NCBI GenBank assembly: GCA_963789955.1
Contig: CAWBMV010000001.1
Span: forward strand, 832,001-896,000
Source: an uncultured Candidatus Rokubacteria bacterium
Lineage (GTDB): Bacteria; Methylomirabilota; Methylomirabilia; Rokubacteriales; CSP1-6
DNA length: 64,000 nucleotides
Direction: 5' to 3'
The notes below the pieces were generated by a model. The model had not been told where the DNA came from. It was given only the letters and a program-made list of their open reading frames with translations, and searched no databases. Below, piece by piece: positions 35,863 to 45,055 of this stretch. The position numbers and the translations under genes are program-made. Each line of letters starts with the position of its first letter. The stretch's first letter is position 1.

Positions 35863-36541
35863 ATGGCCCTTGGGCGGATCCTGGTCGTTGACGACGAGGC
35901 CCCCGTGCGCGAGGTCCTGGCGGAGTACTTCGCCACCGAGGGGTATGCCGTCGAATCGGCGGGTAGCGGGCTCGAGGCCCTGACCGTGATTCGAGGGGGT
36001 CGGGCGGACCTTGTCCTGCTCGACGTCCGCATGCCCGGGCTCGACGGCGTCCAGGTCCTGCGCCGGATCCGGGAGCTCAACGAGCACGTGCCCGTCATCA
36101 TGGTCACCGCCAACGAAGACGTCGGCCTCGCCAAGGAAACCCTCAAGCTGGGCGCCTTCGACTACGTCGCGAAGCCCTTCGACTTCGACTACCTCGACCG
36201 CGCCGTCGCGGCCGGTCTCGCCCGCGTGGGTGAGCGGTCGCCGGCGAGCCACGCGACCGAGGACGACCGCTGGGAAGCATCTGGCGCGCACCGTGTTCAG
36301 CGCCACGCGCGGCATGCCGCCACTCGCGCGGAGCGCGACCGGCGAGCGCCTCGAAGCGGCCGCGCTCGCCGCGGCACGCCACGCGGCCGCCGGCCGATGC
36401 CCGGACGCCGATGAGTATCTCGCCGAGATGCAGCTGCTCCTCGACATCGCCACCGAATTCGGTGACCTCCCGGCCGCGGACCGGGCGCTCGTGGAGTCAG
36501 CGCTTGAAGCGGCGCGCCGGTCACTCTCTCTCGCCGGCTGA
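35863..36541 (+). CDS. Response regulator: receiver plus helical C-terminal domain (frameshift ~36273)
   Basis: ILVVDDE, LLDVRMPGLDG and AFDYVAKP motifs. Removing one G of TGGG at 36271 continues the ORF to the stop at 36541. Confidence 0.85.
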
Positions 36542-37814
36542 CCGGCGCGGCCGGGGGCATCATCGCCGCCCCGACGTCGAGCCGCATCTCAAGATTCTCC
36601 ACACCGTCGCGGAGGCGGTCAGCCGTACGCTCGACGTCGAGGAAGTCCTGCGCACCGCGGTCGAAGCGCTCACCCATGTCACCGGTCACGAGATCTCGAG
36701 CCTCCATCTCCTGACCGAGGACGGCAAGACGCTCGAGCTGCGCGGCGAGCGCGGCATGTCGGCGCGTCTGCGTGAGGTGAATCGCGCCTTGCCCATGGGT
36801 GCGGGGCTGATCGGCCGGGTCGCGCTCACTGGTAAGACCGTCCGTCTCGACCGCAACTACGAGGACCCGAACGTGTTGCCGAGCGCCAAGGCGGCCGTTC
36901 GCCGCGAGCAGATCCGGGGATTCCTGTGCGTCCCGATCCACAGTCGAGGCCAGATTCTGGGCACGCTCTCGCTCGGCCGGAAGACCGTCGATCCTTTCGA
37001 CAAGCCCGAGCTGGCCCTGGTCCAGGCCGCGGCGGACCAGATCGGCCTGGCGCTCGACAACGCGCGGCTCTATTCCGAGTCGCTTCGCCAGCTCGACGAG
37101 CTCAAGCGCGCGCACGCGCAGCTGATCCATGCCGAGAAGATGAAGGCGGTCGGCGAGCTCGCCTCGGGCGTCGCGCACGAGATCAACAATCCGTTGACGA
37201 CGATCCTCGGCCAGACGCATCTCTTGCTCACGCACCCCGAGACGACCTCGCACGTGCGCGACCGCCTCGGCATCCTGGCGGAGGAAGCCGGGCGCGCCGC
37301 GCGCATCGTGCAGAACCTTCTCCTGTTCGCGCGGCACTACACGCCCGAGCGGCGGCCGTGCTCGGTCGCCGACCAGGCGCGCCGGGTCCTCGAGCTCAAG
37401 GGCTATCAGCTCCAGCAGGACAACGTCCGCGTCGTCACCGACTTCGCCTCGTGCCCGTTCGTGTGGGCCGACGAGAACCAGCTCCAGGTGGTGCTGCTCA
37501 ACCTCGTCCAGAACGCCCACCAGGCGATGGCCAAGCACCCGTCGCAGCGCGTGCTGACGGTGCGGGTGTGGCCGTCCGACCGTCATGCCTGCGTCGAGGT
37601 GCGGGACACGGGCCCGGGCATCCCGGACGACGCGCTGCCGCGGATCTTCGATCCCTTCTTCACGACCAAACCGCCCGGAGAGGGGAGCGGCCTCGGCCTT
37701 TCCGTCTCCTACGGGATCGTGACCGAGCTCGGCGGCGTGCTTCGCGCCGAGAACTGCGCGGACGGCGGCGCCTCGTTCGTCGTCGAGCTGCCGCTCGGGG
37801 AGCCGACCACCTGA
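36411..37814 (+). CDS. GAF-domain sensor histidine kinase (true start probably nearer 36550)
   Basis: GAF domain (LCVPI...[12 protein letters not shown]), [32 protein letters not shown]. Confidence 0.9.
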   Translation: MSISPRCSCSSTSPPNSVTSRPRTGRSWSQRLKRRAGHSLSPADRRGRGHHRRPDVEPHLKILHTVAEAVSRTLDVEEVLRTAVEALTHVTGHEISSLHLLTEDGKTLELRGERGMSARLREVNRALPMGAGLIGRVALTGKTVRLDRNYEDPNVLPSAKAAVRREQIRGFLCVPIHSRGQILGTLSLGRKTVDPFDKPELALVQAAADQIGLALDNARLYSESLRQLDELKRAHAQLIHAEKMKAVGELASGVAHEINNPLTTILGQTHLLLTHPETTSHVRDRLGILAEEAGRAARIVQNLLLFARHYTPERRPCSVADQARRVLELKGYQLQQDNVRVVTDFASCPFVWADENQLQVVLLNLVQNAHQAMAKHPSQRVLTVRVWPSDRHACVEVRDTGPGIPDDALPRIFDPFFTTKPPGEGSGLGLSVSYGIVTELGGVLRAENCADGGASFVVELPLGEPTT

Positions 37815-38849
37815 CCGTTCGGCTGACCGCCGCGTTCCTGCTGGTCCTCCTTACGAGCGGGTGTGCGGCGGTCGGAGGGCCGGTGCCGGGCGCTCCCGCC
37901 CATCACCGCGAGAACGGCTTCGCGAACGTGAATCCGGCGTACGAGCCCGCGAGCGCCTGGACGCGCTTCACGTTCTTCATCTCACGCATCTGGTCCGCGA
38001 CGTTCAACCCGCGCACCGCCAACTTCCCGTCGGTCGCCAGCGATCTGCCGGCGATTCTCGACAATCGCGGCGCCGCGACCGTGACCTGGGTGGGCCATGC
38101 GACGTTGTTGCTCCAGCTCGACGGCGTGAACATCCTGACCGATCCCAACTGGTCGGAGCGCGCGAGCCCGCTGTCGTTCGCCGGCCCGCGCCGGGTCTCC
38201 GCGGCCCGGCCTGGCGTTCGAGAATCTGCCGCCGATCCACGTCGTCCTGATCTCGCACGATCACTACGACCACCTGGACGTCGCGACGGTCAAGCGCCTC
38301 GCCGCCGAGCATCGGCCGAAGTTCCTCGTGCCACTGGGCCTCAAGCGCTGGTTCGCGAGCATCGGGATCACCGACGTCGACGAGCTCGACTGGTGGGATC
38401 ACCGCGCCGAGCGGGAGCTGACGTTCACGTGCGTGCCGGCCCAGCACTTCTCGGGCCGCTCGCTCTGGGACCGTAACCGCCGGCTCTGGAGCGGCTGGGT
38501 CGTCGCCGGTCGCGCCAAGCGGCTCTACTTCGCCGGCGACACGGCGTACTTCGCCGGGTTCAAGGAGATCGGCGCGCGGCTCGGCCCGTTCGACCTCACG
38601 GCGATCCCGATCGGCGCCTACCTGCCGGCGGTCATCATGCGCGCCAGCCACACGAGCCCCGAAGAGGCCCTTCGCGCCTTCGCCGACGTGCGCGGCCGGC
38701 ACTTCGTCCCGATCCACTGGGGCACCTTCGACCTGGCCGAGGAGCCGCTGGACGAGCCCCCTCAGCGCCTCGTGACCGAGGCCCGCCGCCTCGACCTCGA
38801 CCTCGACCGCATCTGGGTCCTCCGTCACGGCCAGACCCGTACCTGGTAG
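37811..38849 (+). CDS. Metallo-beta-lactamase-fold hydrolase (NAPE-PLD/RomA-like), lipoprotein; frameshift ~38200
   Basis: TSGC lipobox, [26 protein letters not shown] and PIHWGTF motifs. Confidence 0.88.
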
Positions 38850-38867
38850 CCGGGCGCGGCGAGAGGC

Positions 38868-40043
38868 TCACACGATCTCGAGCTGGAGCCCCTTGAGGTA
38901 GCGCGTCTCGGGAATCGAGAGCAGCACGGGATGATCGTGCGCCTGGGCCAGACGGTCGACGATGCGCACCCGCACCCCGGCATCGGCAGACGCGTCGCGG
39001 CAAATCTCCTCGAACATCGAGTCGGACACGTGATGAGAGCAGGAGAACGTGAAGAGGGTCCCGCCCCGCGCGAGGAGCCGTAGCGCGCGAAGGTTGATCT
39101 CCTTGTAGCCGCGCGCCGCGGCGTCGAGCGCGGAGCGGCTGCGGGCGAACGGCGGCGGGTCGAGGACGACCACGCCGAAGCGCGCGCCGTCGCGCTCGAG
39201 GCGCCGGAGCTCGTCGAAGACATTCGACGCGCGCATCTCCGCCTGGGCCGTGAAGCCGTTGAGCTCCAGATTCTGGCGGGCGCCCAGGTTCGCCTCCGGC
39301 GAGGATTCGATGCACACCGCCCGCCGGGCGCCTCCGCGCAAGGCGTGGCAGGCGAAGCCCGCGGTGTAGCTGAAGGCGTCGAGGACATCGCGATCACGCG
39401 CCAGGGCACCGACACGAGCCCGGTTCTCGCGCTGGTCGAGGTAGAGCCCGGTCTTGTGACCGATCCCGATCGTCACCTCGAACGTGACGCCGCCCTCGAC
39501 GACCCGCACGGTCCTGGGCCCGGAGCCGCCGGCCCAGCCCAGCGCCGCCGAAAATCCCTCGAGCTGGGCCGCGTGGGGATCGTCCATGTCGAAGACCGAC
39601 GTGTCGGGGAACATCGCACCCAGCGCCGCGGTCACGACCGGCCGGGCACGCGCCATGCCCAGGGTGAGGCACTGGGTCACCAGAACGGGCCCGTAGCGGT
39701 CGACGACGAGCCCGGGGAGCCCGTCGGCCTCGCTCCAGACCAGACGGCAGAGCGTCGGCGGGCCCTGGGCGTGGCCGCGCGCGCGCAGGGCCACGGCGGC
39801 TTCGAGGCGGCGCCGGAAGAACGCGGCGTCGAGCGGCTCGTCGGTCCAGGTGAGGATGCGGCAGCAGAGGGCGGGACGCGCATTGTAGAAGCCGCGCCCG
39901 ACGAAGCGACCGCCGGCGTCGACGACCGCGATCGCCGAGCCCGCGTCGACATCGCTGACGTCGGCCACGTCACCCTTGAAGATCCAGGGATGGGTGCGCG
40001 CGGCCTCGTGTCCGCGCTTGAGCCGCAGCGCCGGTGGCTTCAT
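38868..40043 (-). CDS. RlmI-type rRNA m5C methyltransferase
   Basis: HPWIF PUA domain, SEADGLPGLVVDRY, GHKTGLYLDQRENR, LDPP, SCS and YLK motifs. Confidence 0.9.
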   Translation of the reverse strand: MKPPALRLKRGHEAARTHPWIFKGDVADVSDVDAGSAIAVVDAGGRFVGRGFYNARPALCCRILTWTDEPLDAAFFRRRLEAAVALRARGHAQGPPTLCRLVWSEADGLPGLVVDRYGPVLVTQCLTLGMARARPVVTAALGAMFPDTSVFDMDDPHAAQLEGFSAALGWAGGSGPRTVRVVEGGVTFEVTIGIGHKTGLYLDQRENRARVGALARDRDVLDAFSYTAGFACHALRGGARRAVCIESSPEANLGARQNLELNGFTAQAEMRASNVFDELRRLERDGARFGVVVLDPPPFARSRSALDAAARGYKEINLRALRLLARGGTLFTFSCSHHVSDSMFEEICRDASADAGVRVRIVDRLAQAHDHPVLLSIPETRYLKGLQLEIV

Positions 40044-40582
40044 CGTTTGAACGCCTCGGCGGTGATGGCCCAGCGCTCGTGGTCGCGCCAGCGCCCGAGG
40101 ATTTTCAGATAGCGCGGAGAAAATCCTTCGCGCGTGAAGCCGGCACGCTTCACGAGACGGATCGACGCCCGATTCTTCGGCTGGATGTTCGCCTCGAGCC
40201 GGTGCAGGCCGAGCGGGCCGAAGGCGTGGCGCACGACGAGGCGGAGCCCCTCACGCATGTAGCCCCGGCCCATGAACGGGGCGCCGGCGTAGTAGCCGAG
40301 GTAGGCGCTGCGGAGATTGCCGTGAAAGATCTGGCTCATGTTGACCACGCCCGCGATCGCGCGATCGTCGCGCCGACAGATCAGAAACGCACGCTCCGTC
40401 GGCCGCCGGCTGCGCCGGAGATACGCGTCGAACGCCGCGCGGCTCGCCGGCGGCACGACCCAGGGCCGGAGCGCGCGGCGGCTCGTCTTCATCAAGGCCA
40501 CGAACTCGTCGCGATGGCGGGCGGTCGGGGCACAGAGGAACACGCGCCGGCCGATTTCGAGTGCGGCCGACCGCTTCGCCAC
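40040..40582 (-). CDS. GNAT N-acetyltransferase (RimJ-like)
   Basis: GRGYM.EGL, LHRLEANIQP.N..S..L, GF..EG and WRDHERWA motifs. Confidence 0.9.
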   Translation of the reverse strand: MAKRSAALEIGRRVFLCAPTARHRDEFVALMKTSRRALRPWVVPPASRAAFDAYLRRSRRPTERAFLICRRDDRAIAGVVNMSQIFHGNLRSAYLGYYAGAPFMGRGYMREGLRLVVRHAFGPLGLHRLEANIQPKNRASIRLVKRAGFTREGFSPRYLKILGRWRDHERWAITAEAFKR

Positions 40583-40588
40583 GGTGAC

Positions 40589-41377
40589 TTACTTTTTGCG
40601 GAGGACGACGACCATGATGATCGGATGCCGGGACCGCTCGAGCACCTGGTGCGGCTTGAAGCCGAAGAACCACTGCACGAACTCGAAGCCGCCCGCCAGC
40701 TCGACCACCGTCTTCAATTCTTGCGGGAAGACCATGCGCGACAGGTGGGTCTGCCGGTAGAGCCGCCGCGTGCCGTTCTCGATGGCCTCGAGCGTCATGC
40801 GCTCGCGGAAGACCTGGCTCACCGGATCGACGTCGTTGAGGGCCGAGAACGAGGCCCGGACGATCAGGCGGCCGCGCCGCTTGGACCACGTCCAGCGCCG
40901 CGCCGGGTTCGTCCACGAGGAGACCATGTAGCGGTCGAAGACGTAGAGCCCGCCGCGCTTGAGGCACCGCGCGACGGCCCTCAGGTGGGCCACGAGCTGC
41001 TCGGTTTTCAGCAGGTGCCCCTGGGAGTCCTGCATGCAGATCGCCGCATCGACCGGCTGGGCGAGACGAAAGTCGGTCATGTCGCCGACGACCAGCTCGC
41101 CCTGGTGCCCCTTGTTGGCGAACCGCTCGCGCAGGAACTGGATGTTCCGCGGCGAGAGGTCGAGGCCCGACATCTTGTAGCCTCGGTCGGCCAGCCGCAG
41201 GAGGTGGGGTCCGGTGCCGCAGGCGATGTCGACGACCCGGCGGACCGGCCGCCGTGAAAACCGCTTGAAGCAGTGGACCAGGAAGTCGACCTCGCCCTTC
41301 CGATTCAGCTCGAACGCGATCTCGTAGTAGCGCGGGGCGCTGTACTCCCGGACCCGGCTCTTCTCGCGAAGCTTCAG
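40589..41377 (-). CDS. Class I SAM-dependent methyltransferase (start approximate)
   Basis: DIACGTG, GLDLS, GDM..F and LKRGGLYVFD motifs; overlaps the speB stop. Confidence 0.85.
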   Translation of the reverse strand: MKLREKSRVREYSAPRYYEIAFELNRKGEVDFLVHCFKRFSRRPVRRVVDIACGTGPHLLRLADRGYKMSGLDLSPRNIQFLRERFANKGHQGELVVGDMTDFRLAQPVDAAICMQDSQGHLLKTEQLVAHLRAVARCLKRGGLYVFDRYMVSSWTNPARRWTWSKRRGRLIVRASFSALNDVDPVSQVFRERMTLEAIENGTRRLYRQTHLSRMVFPQELKTVVELAGGFEFVQWFFGFKPHQVLERSRHPIIMVVVLRKK

Positions 41378-42251
41378 CGGAGCGTCCCCCACCACGCCAG
41401 GAACGCCTCGCGGATGACCCATGAGGCGATGATGCCGGTCCTGCCGGAGGGATCCCAGGCGTGGGCGACCTCGACGAGATCGCCGCCGATGACCCGGCAA
41501 CCTTCCAGCATCCGGACGATCTCCAGCAGCTCCGGCACTCTCAAGCCGCAAGGCTCGGGAGAGCCGGTTCCGGGCGCGTCCGCCGGGTCGAGGACGTCGA
41601 TGTCGATCGTGACGTAGAGAGGATGGCGCTGAAGCTCGGGCAGCAGCCGGCGCACGACCTCGACCGGATGCCCGGCCACCATCGGGTACATCGGGAAGAA
41701 GTGGGGCCGGTGACGGTGGTACTCCTCGCGAGCGCCCGCGCGAAGCCCGACCTGGTAGACGCGCTCGGGCGGGACGACGTCCATGACACGGGCGAGGGCC
41801 GAGGCGTAGTTGTAGCGCTCGCCGAGGAACTCCTCGCGCAGGTCGGGATGAGCATCCAGGTGCAGGATGCGGAGGTCCGGGAACGCCGGGGCGAGCACCT
41901 CGATGACCGACACGGTGGCCGTGTGATCGCCGCCCAGCATGAACGGGATGCAGCCCTGGACGCCACCACTTGGCGATCTGCTCGCGCGCGGCGTCGAGCT
42001 GCTCGCGGGGCGTCACGCCGTCGGGGAGCTCGCAGTCGCCGATGTCGGCGATCGCCAGGTCTTCGAGGTCGCGCGCGAGCGCCGGCGAGTAGGTCTCGAT
42101 CGACTCGGAGCCGAGCCGGACGTCGAGTGTGCCCGCGTCGGCGCCCTTTCTCAGATTGACCCGCCCCTCGAACGGAATCCCGTAGACGACGATGCGGGCG
42201 TCAGCGAGGGGAAGATCGGCAGCCGATGAACGTCGGAGAGACCGAGCGCAT
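41374..42251 (-). CDS. speB: Agmatinase/ureohydrolase (frameshifts at ~41960-42210)
   Basis: GIPFEG, SIETYSP, LGGDH, DAHPDL, DIDVLDP..APGTG.PEP motifs; ATG at 42251. Confidence 0.9.
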
Positions 42252-42262
42252 ATTTCTTCGTC

Positions 42263-42290
42263 ACTCTAGCGGCTCGCCGATCGATTGCAA
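42263..42290 (-). promoter_or_regulatory. Sigma70-type promoter of speB
   Basis: TTGCAA-N16-TAGAGT, 11 nt before the ATG. Confidence 0.55.
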
Positions 42291-42557
42291 GTGGAAACTG
42301 CGGCTGCGCCGCTCGGCGCTGCGAGCGGCGGGCGGAACTCCGGTTCCTACTTCTCCGGTCGCGCACCCGCTCGGTGCGCGCTCGGCGGCGGTGCTGAAGC
42401 GCGCCGAGGTCGCGGAAGACGGAGTCGGTTGCGACTTTCGGCTCGTCGGGTCGCTCGCCGTGTCGCCGCGGCGCGCTCTGCGGCGTCAGCGCCACTCCGC
42501 GGCGCGCTCCGCAGCACTCCCGAAACACTCCCAGGTGGTCGGAAACGCGTTTTTTTC

Positions 42558-42586
42558 TTGCAATGGGTGAAAACGGACCCTACAGT
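42558..42586 (+). promoter_or_regulatory. Sigma70-type promoter of speD-speE
   Basis: TTGCAA-N17-TACAGT inside an AT-rich patch. Confidence 0.6.
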
Positions 42587-42616
42587 GAAACAAGTTTTTA
42601 TTTAATAGCGAAATTT

Positions 42617-42646
42617 TTTCGGACTCTTTTCGGACTGTTTCGGACT
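42617..42646 (+). repeat. Three direct TTTCGGACT repeats in the speD leader
   Basis: Exact 9-mers at 42617, 42628 and 42638. Confidence 0.9.
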
Positions 42647-42697
42647 TGGTGAGCGTGATCGCGACGTGAATGAAACGTCGCAGGAGAGGTGCGGTAG

Positions 42698-42730
42698 ATG
42701 AACGGATCGAAAGGGGGACCACTGGCTTGA
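42698..42730 (+). CDS. Putative 10-codon leader peptide MNGSKGGPLA upstream of speD
   Basis: AGGAGAGGT RBS, ATG at 42698, and a TGA overlapping the speD TTG (TTGA). Could be an indel artefact. Confidence 0.4.
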   Translation: MNGSKGGPLA

Positions 42731-43122
42731 ACGCCCTGGGACGACACCTGCTGCTCGAGATGTTCGACTGCGACCCTGACGCCATCAACAGCCTCGAGTC
42801 CGTCAAGGGGGCCTTGATCGAAGCCGCGAAGCGGGCCCAAGCGACCATCGTCGACGTCGTCTTCCACGAGTTCAACCCGTTCGGAATCAGCGGAGTTGTC
42901 GTCATCGCAGAATCCCACCTGGCGATCCACACCTGGCCAGAATATCGGTACGCGGCGGTCGACATCTTCTCCTGCGGCGAAGTCCTGCAGCCGGAGGTCG
43001 CTGCCAACTACCTGGTCGAGCAGTTCGCCGCCGAGCGGACCTCGATCGTCGAGATGCAGCGCGGAATGTTCCTCAACTCGGCAGTGCCGATCGTCAACAA
43101 GAGCCCGGTTCCGATCAGTTGA
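42727..43122 (+). CDS. speD: S-adenosylmethionine decarboxylase proenzyme
   Basis: LGRHL, FHEF.P.GISGVV..AESH..IHTWPE (autocleavage E/SH) and D.F.CG motifs; TTG start with AAAGGGGG SD. Confidence 0.93.
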   Translation: MNALGRHLLLEMFDCDPDAINSLESVKGALIEAAKRAQATIVDVVFHEFNPFGISGVVVIAESHLAIHTWPEYRYAAVDIFSCGEVLQPEVAANYLVEQFAAERTSIVEMQRGMFLNSAVPIVNKSPVPIS

Positions 43123-44040
43123 TCAACTCGCAGTCCCATAAGTGGTTCATCGAGACCACGACCACCTTCGAGGGGCATATGCATGCCATCGCGAAGACGA
43201 TCGTGGAGGCCCAGACGAAGTTTCAGCACGTCGAGATCCTCCAGACGGCGTCGTATGGCAAGACCCTGGTGCTCGACGGGCGCATCCAGTCCAGCCAGGG
43301 TGACGAGTTCATCTACCACGAGGCTCTGGTCCACCCGGGCCTCCTGGCGACCGAAGCGGCGCCCCGCAGCGCCCTGGTGATCGGCGGCGGTGAAGGCGCC
43401 ACACTTCGGGAGATCCTGCGATACCCCTCTATCACCCGTGCCGTCATGGTCGACATCGACGGTGAGGTGGTCGAGCTCTGCAAGACGCACCTGCCGGAGA
43501 TGCATCAGGGCGCGTTCGACGACCCCCGGACCGAGGTGCGGAACGAGGACGCGCGCGGCTATCTCGAGAAGAGCAAGGAGCGGTTCGACTTCATCTCGAT
43601 CGATCTGGTCGAGCCGCTCGAGGAAGGGCCGGCCTGCATGCTCTTCACGCGGGAGTTCTACACGCTCGTGAGAGGATCGGCTGACGCCCGGCGGCACGAT
43701 GTCGATGCAGGCCGGGATGACCAAGCGTGGCGAGCTCGGCTTCTTCACGTCGATCCATCGGACCCTGCGCGAGGTGTTTCCGATCGTCGCCGGGTACCAG
43801 ACCTTCGTCTCATGCTTCGGCACGCCGTGGGGGTTCATCGTCGCCTCGAAGAAGGTCGACCCCAACAAGCAGGACGTCAAGGCGGTCGACAAGCTCATCG
43901 CCGATCGGATCAAGGGCTCGCTCGAGTACTGGGACGGCGTGACCCATCAGCACGCCTTCAGCCTGCCCAAGTTCATCCGCAAGAGCATCGCGAAACAGAC
44001 CCGGGTCGTCACCGACGCGAACCCTCTGATCGTCACCTGA
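43119..44040 (+). CDS. speE: Polyamine aminopropyltransferase (frameshift ~43675)
   Basis: LVLDG..QS...DE..YHEALVHP, IGGGEG and VDID motifs. Confidence 0.92.
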
Positions 44041-44052
44041 GTCCTTCCCGCG

Positions 44053-44319
44053 ATGGCAGCCCAACGTGGCATCGGGCTGATCATCCTGGTGATCCTCGCC
44101 GGACTCGTGGTCGGCTCGCTCCTCGGAGAGCTTCTCGGCAGTCTCCTCCCGGCTGGCAACGCCCGCGAGCTGATCACTCGGGGCCCGATGATCGGCCTGA
44201 TGCCACCCGCCACGATCGATCTGCGATTCCTCGCCATGACGTTCGGGTTGAGCCTCAAGGTCAACCTGGTGGGCGTCGCGGGGATTGTCCTGGCCATCCT
44301 CGCTCTTCGCCGTCTCTAG
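44053..44319 (+). CDS. DUF4321-like small membrane protein
   Basis: G..VGSLLGELL and P.TIDL....TFG...KVN patterns. Confidence 0.75.
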   Translation: MAAQRGIGLIILVILAGLVVGSLLGELLGSLLPAGNARELITRGPMIGLMPPATIDLRFLAMTFGLSLKVNLVGVAGIVLAILALRRL

Positions 44320-44473
44320 GCGGGGCGCCGGGCGAGGGCCGGGGCCGGGTCGGCTGGGATCTGACTGCTGCGATCCTCGGCTTGGAAGTCATGTGCGCTG
44401 CGCGAGAGCGATGCTGCCTACACAGATCCCAGCCGACCCGCCCCCCGGCCCTCGCCCGGCGCCCCGCCTAGAG
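44314..44473. mobile_element. MITE-like / large inverted-repeat element
   Basis: Near-perfect ~50-bp inverted arms (44314-44363 and 44423-44473) bounded by CTAG, with a 59-bp non-coding core. Confidence 0.6.
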
Positions 44474-44475
44474 CC

Positions 44476-45055
44476 GTGAGATTGATTCTGGCGTCTCGAT
44501 CTCCGCGGCGGCGGGAGCTTCTGCGTAGGATCTGGGCGGAGTTCGAGGTTCTGCCGAGCGACATCGACGAGGTGCTGGACGACGGGCCTGTTGGGGATGC
44601 GGTGGCTGGGCTTGCTTTGCGGAAGGGGCGGGCGGTGGCGGGGCGGGTGGGTGCTTGGGGTGGTGTTGGCGGCGGATACCGTGGTGGTGATCGATGGGGT
44701 TGTGTTGGGGAAGCCGGTGGGGGTTGAGGAGGCGACGGGGATGCTCGTGCGGTTGCGAGGGCGACTGCATGAGGTCGTTACGGGGGTGGCGGTCGTTGAC
44801 GCTGAGACCGGGCGGTCGGCTTCGGCGACGGCGGTGAGCCGGGTGTTGATGGCGGCGTACTCGGACTCGATGATCGCGGACTACGTGGCGTCGGGCTCGC
44901 CCTTCGACAAGGCCGGCGGCTATGCGATCCAGGATCTGGGCGGCGCGCTGGTCGACGGCGTGATCGGTTCGTACACCAACGTCGTCGGGCTACCGGTGGA
45001 GGCGACGCGTCGTTTGCTGGAGGGGTTCGGGGTGCTCAGCGAACGGAGGGCTTGA
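44476..45055 (+). CDS. maf: Maf family nucleotide pyrophosphatase (frameshift ~44655)
   Basis: LILAS.SPRRRELL, AADTVV, GKP, DKAGGYAIQ and NVVGLP motifs. Confidence 0.9.

Noticed and set aside
36274..36541. Diversity-generating retroelement suggested by the Avd-like domain
   Set aside because: No reverse transcriptase or TR/VR repeat pair was found in the window.
42300..42530. ORF or ncRNA between the speB and speD promoters (short CCGCGGCGCGCTC duplication)
   Set aside because: No convincing coding signal or fold by eye.
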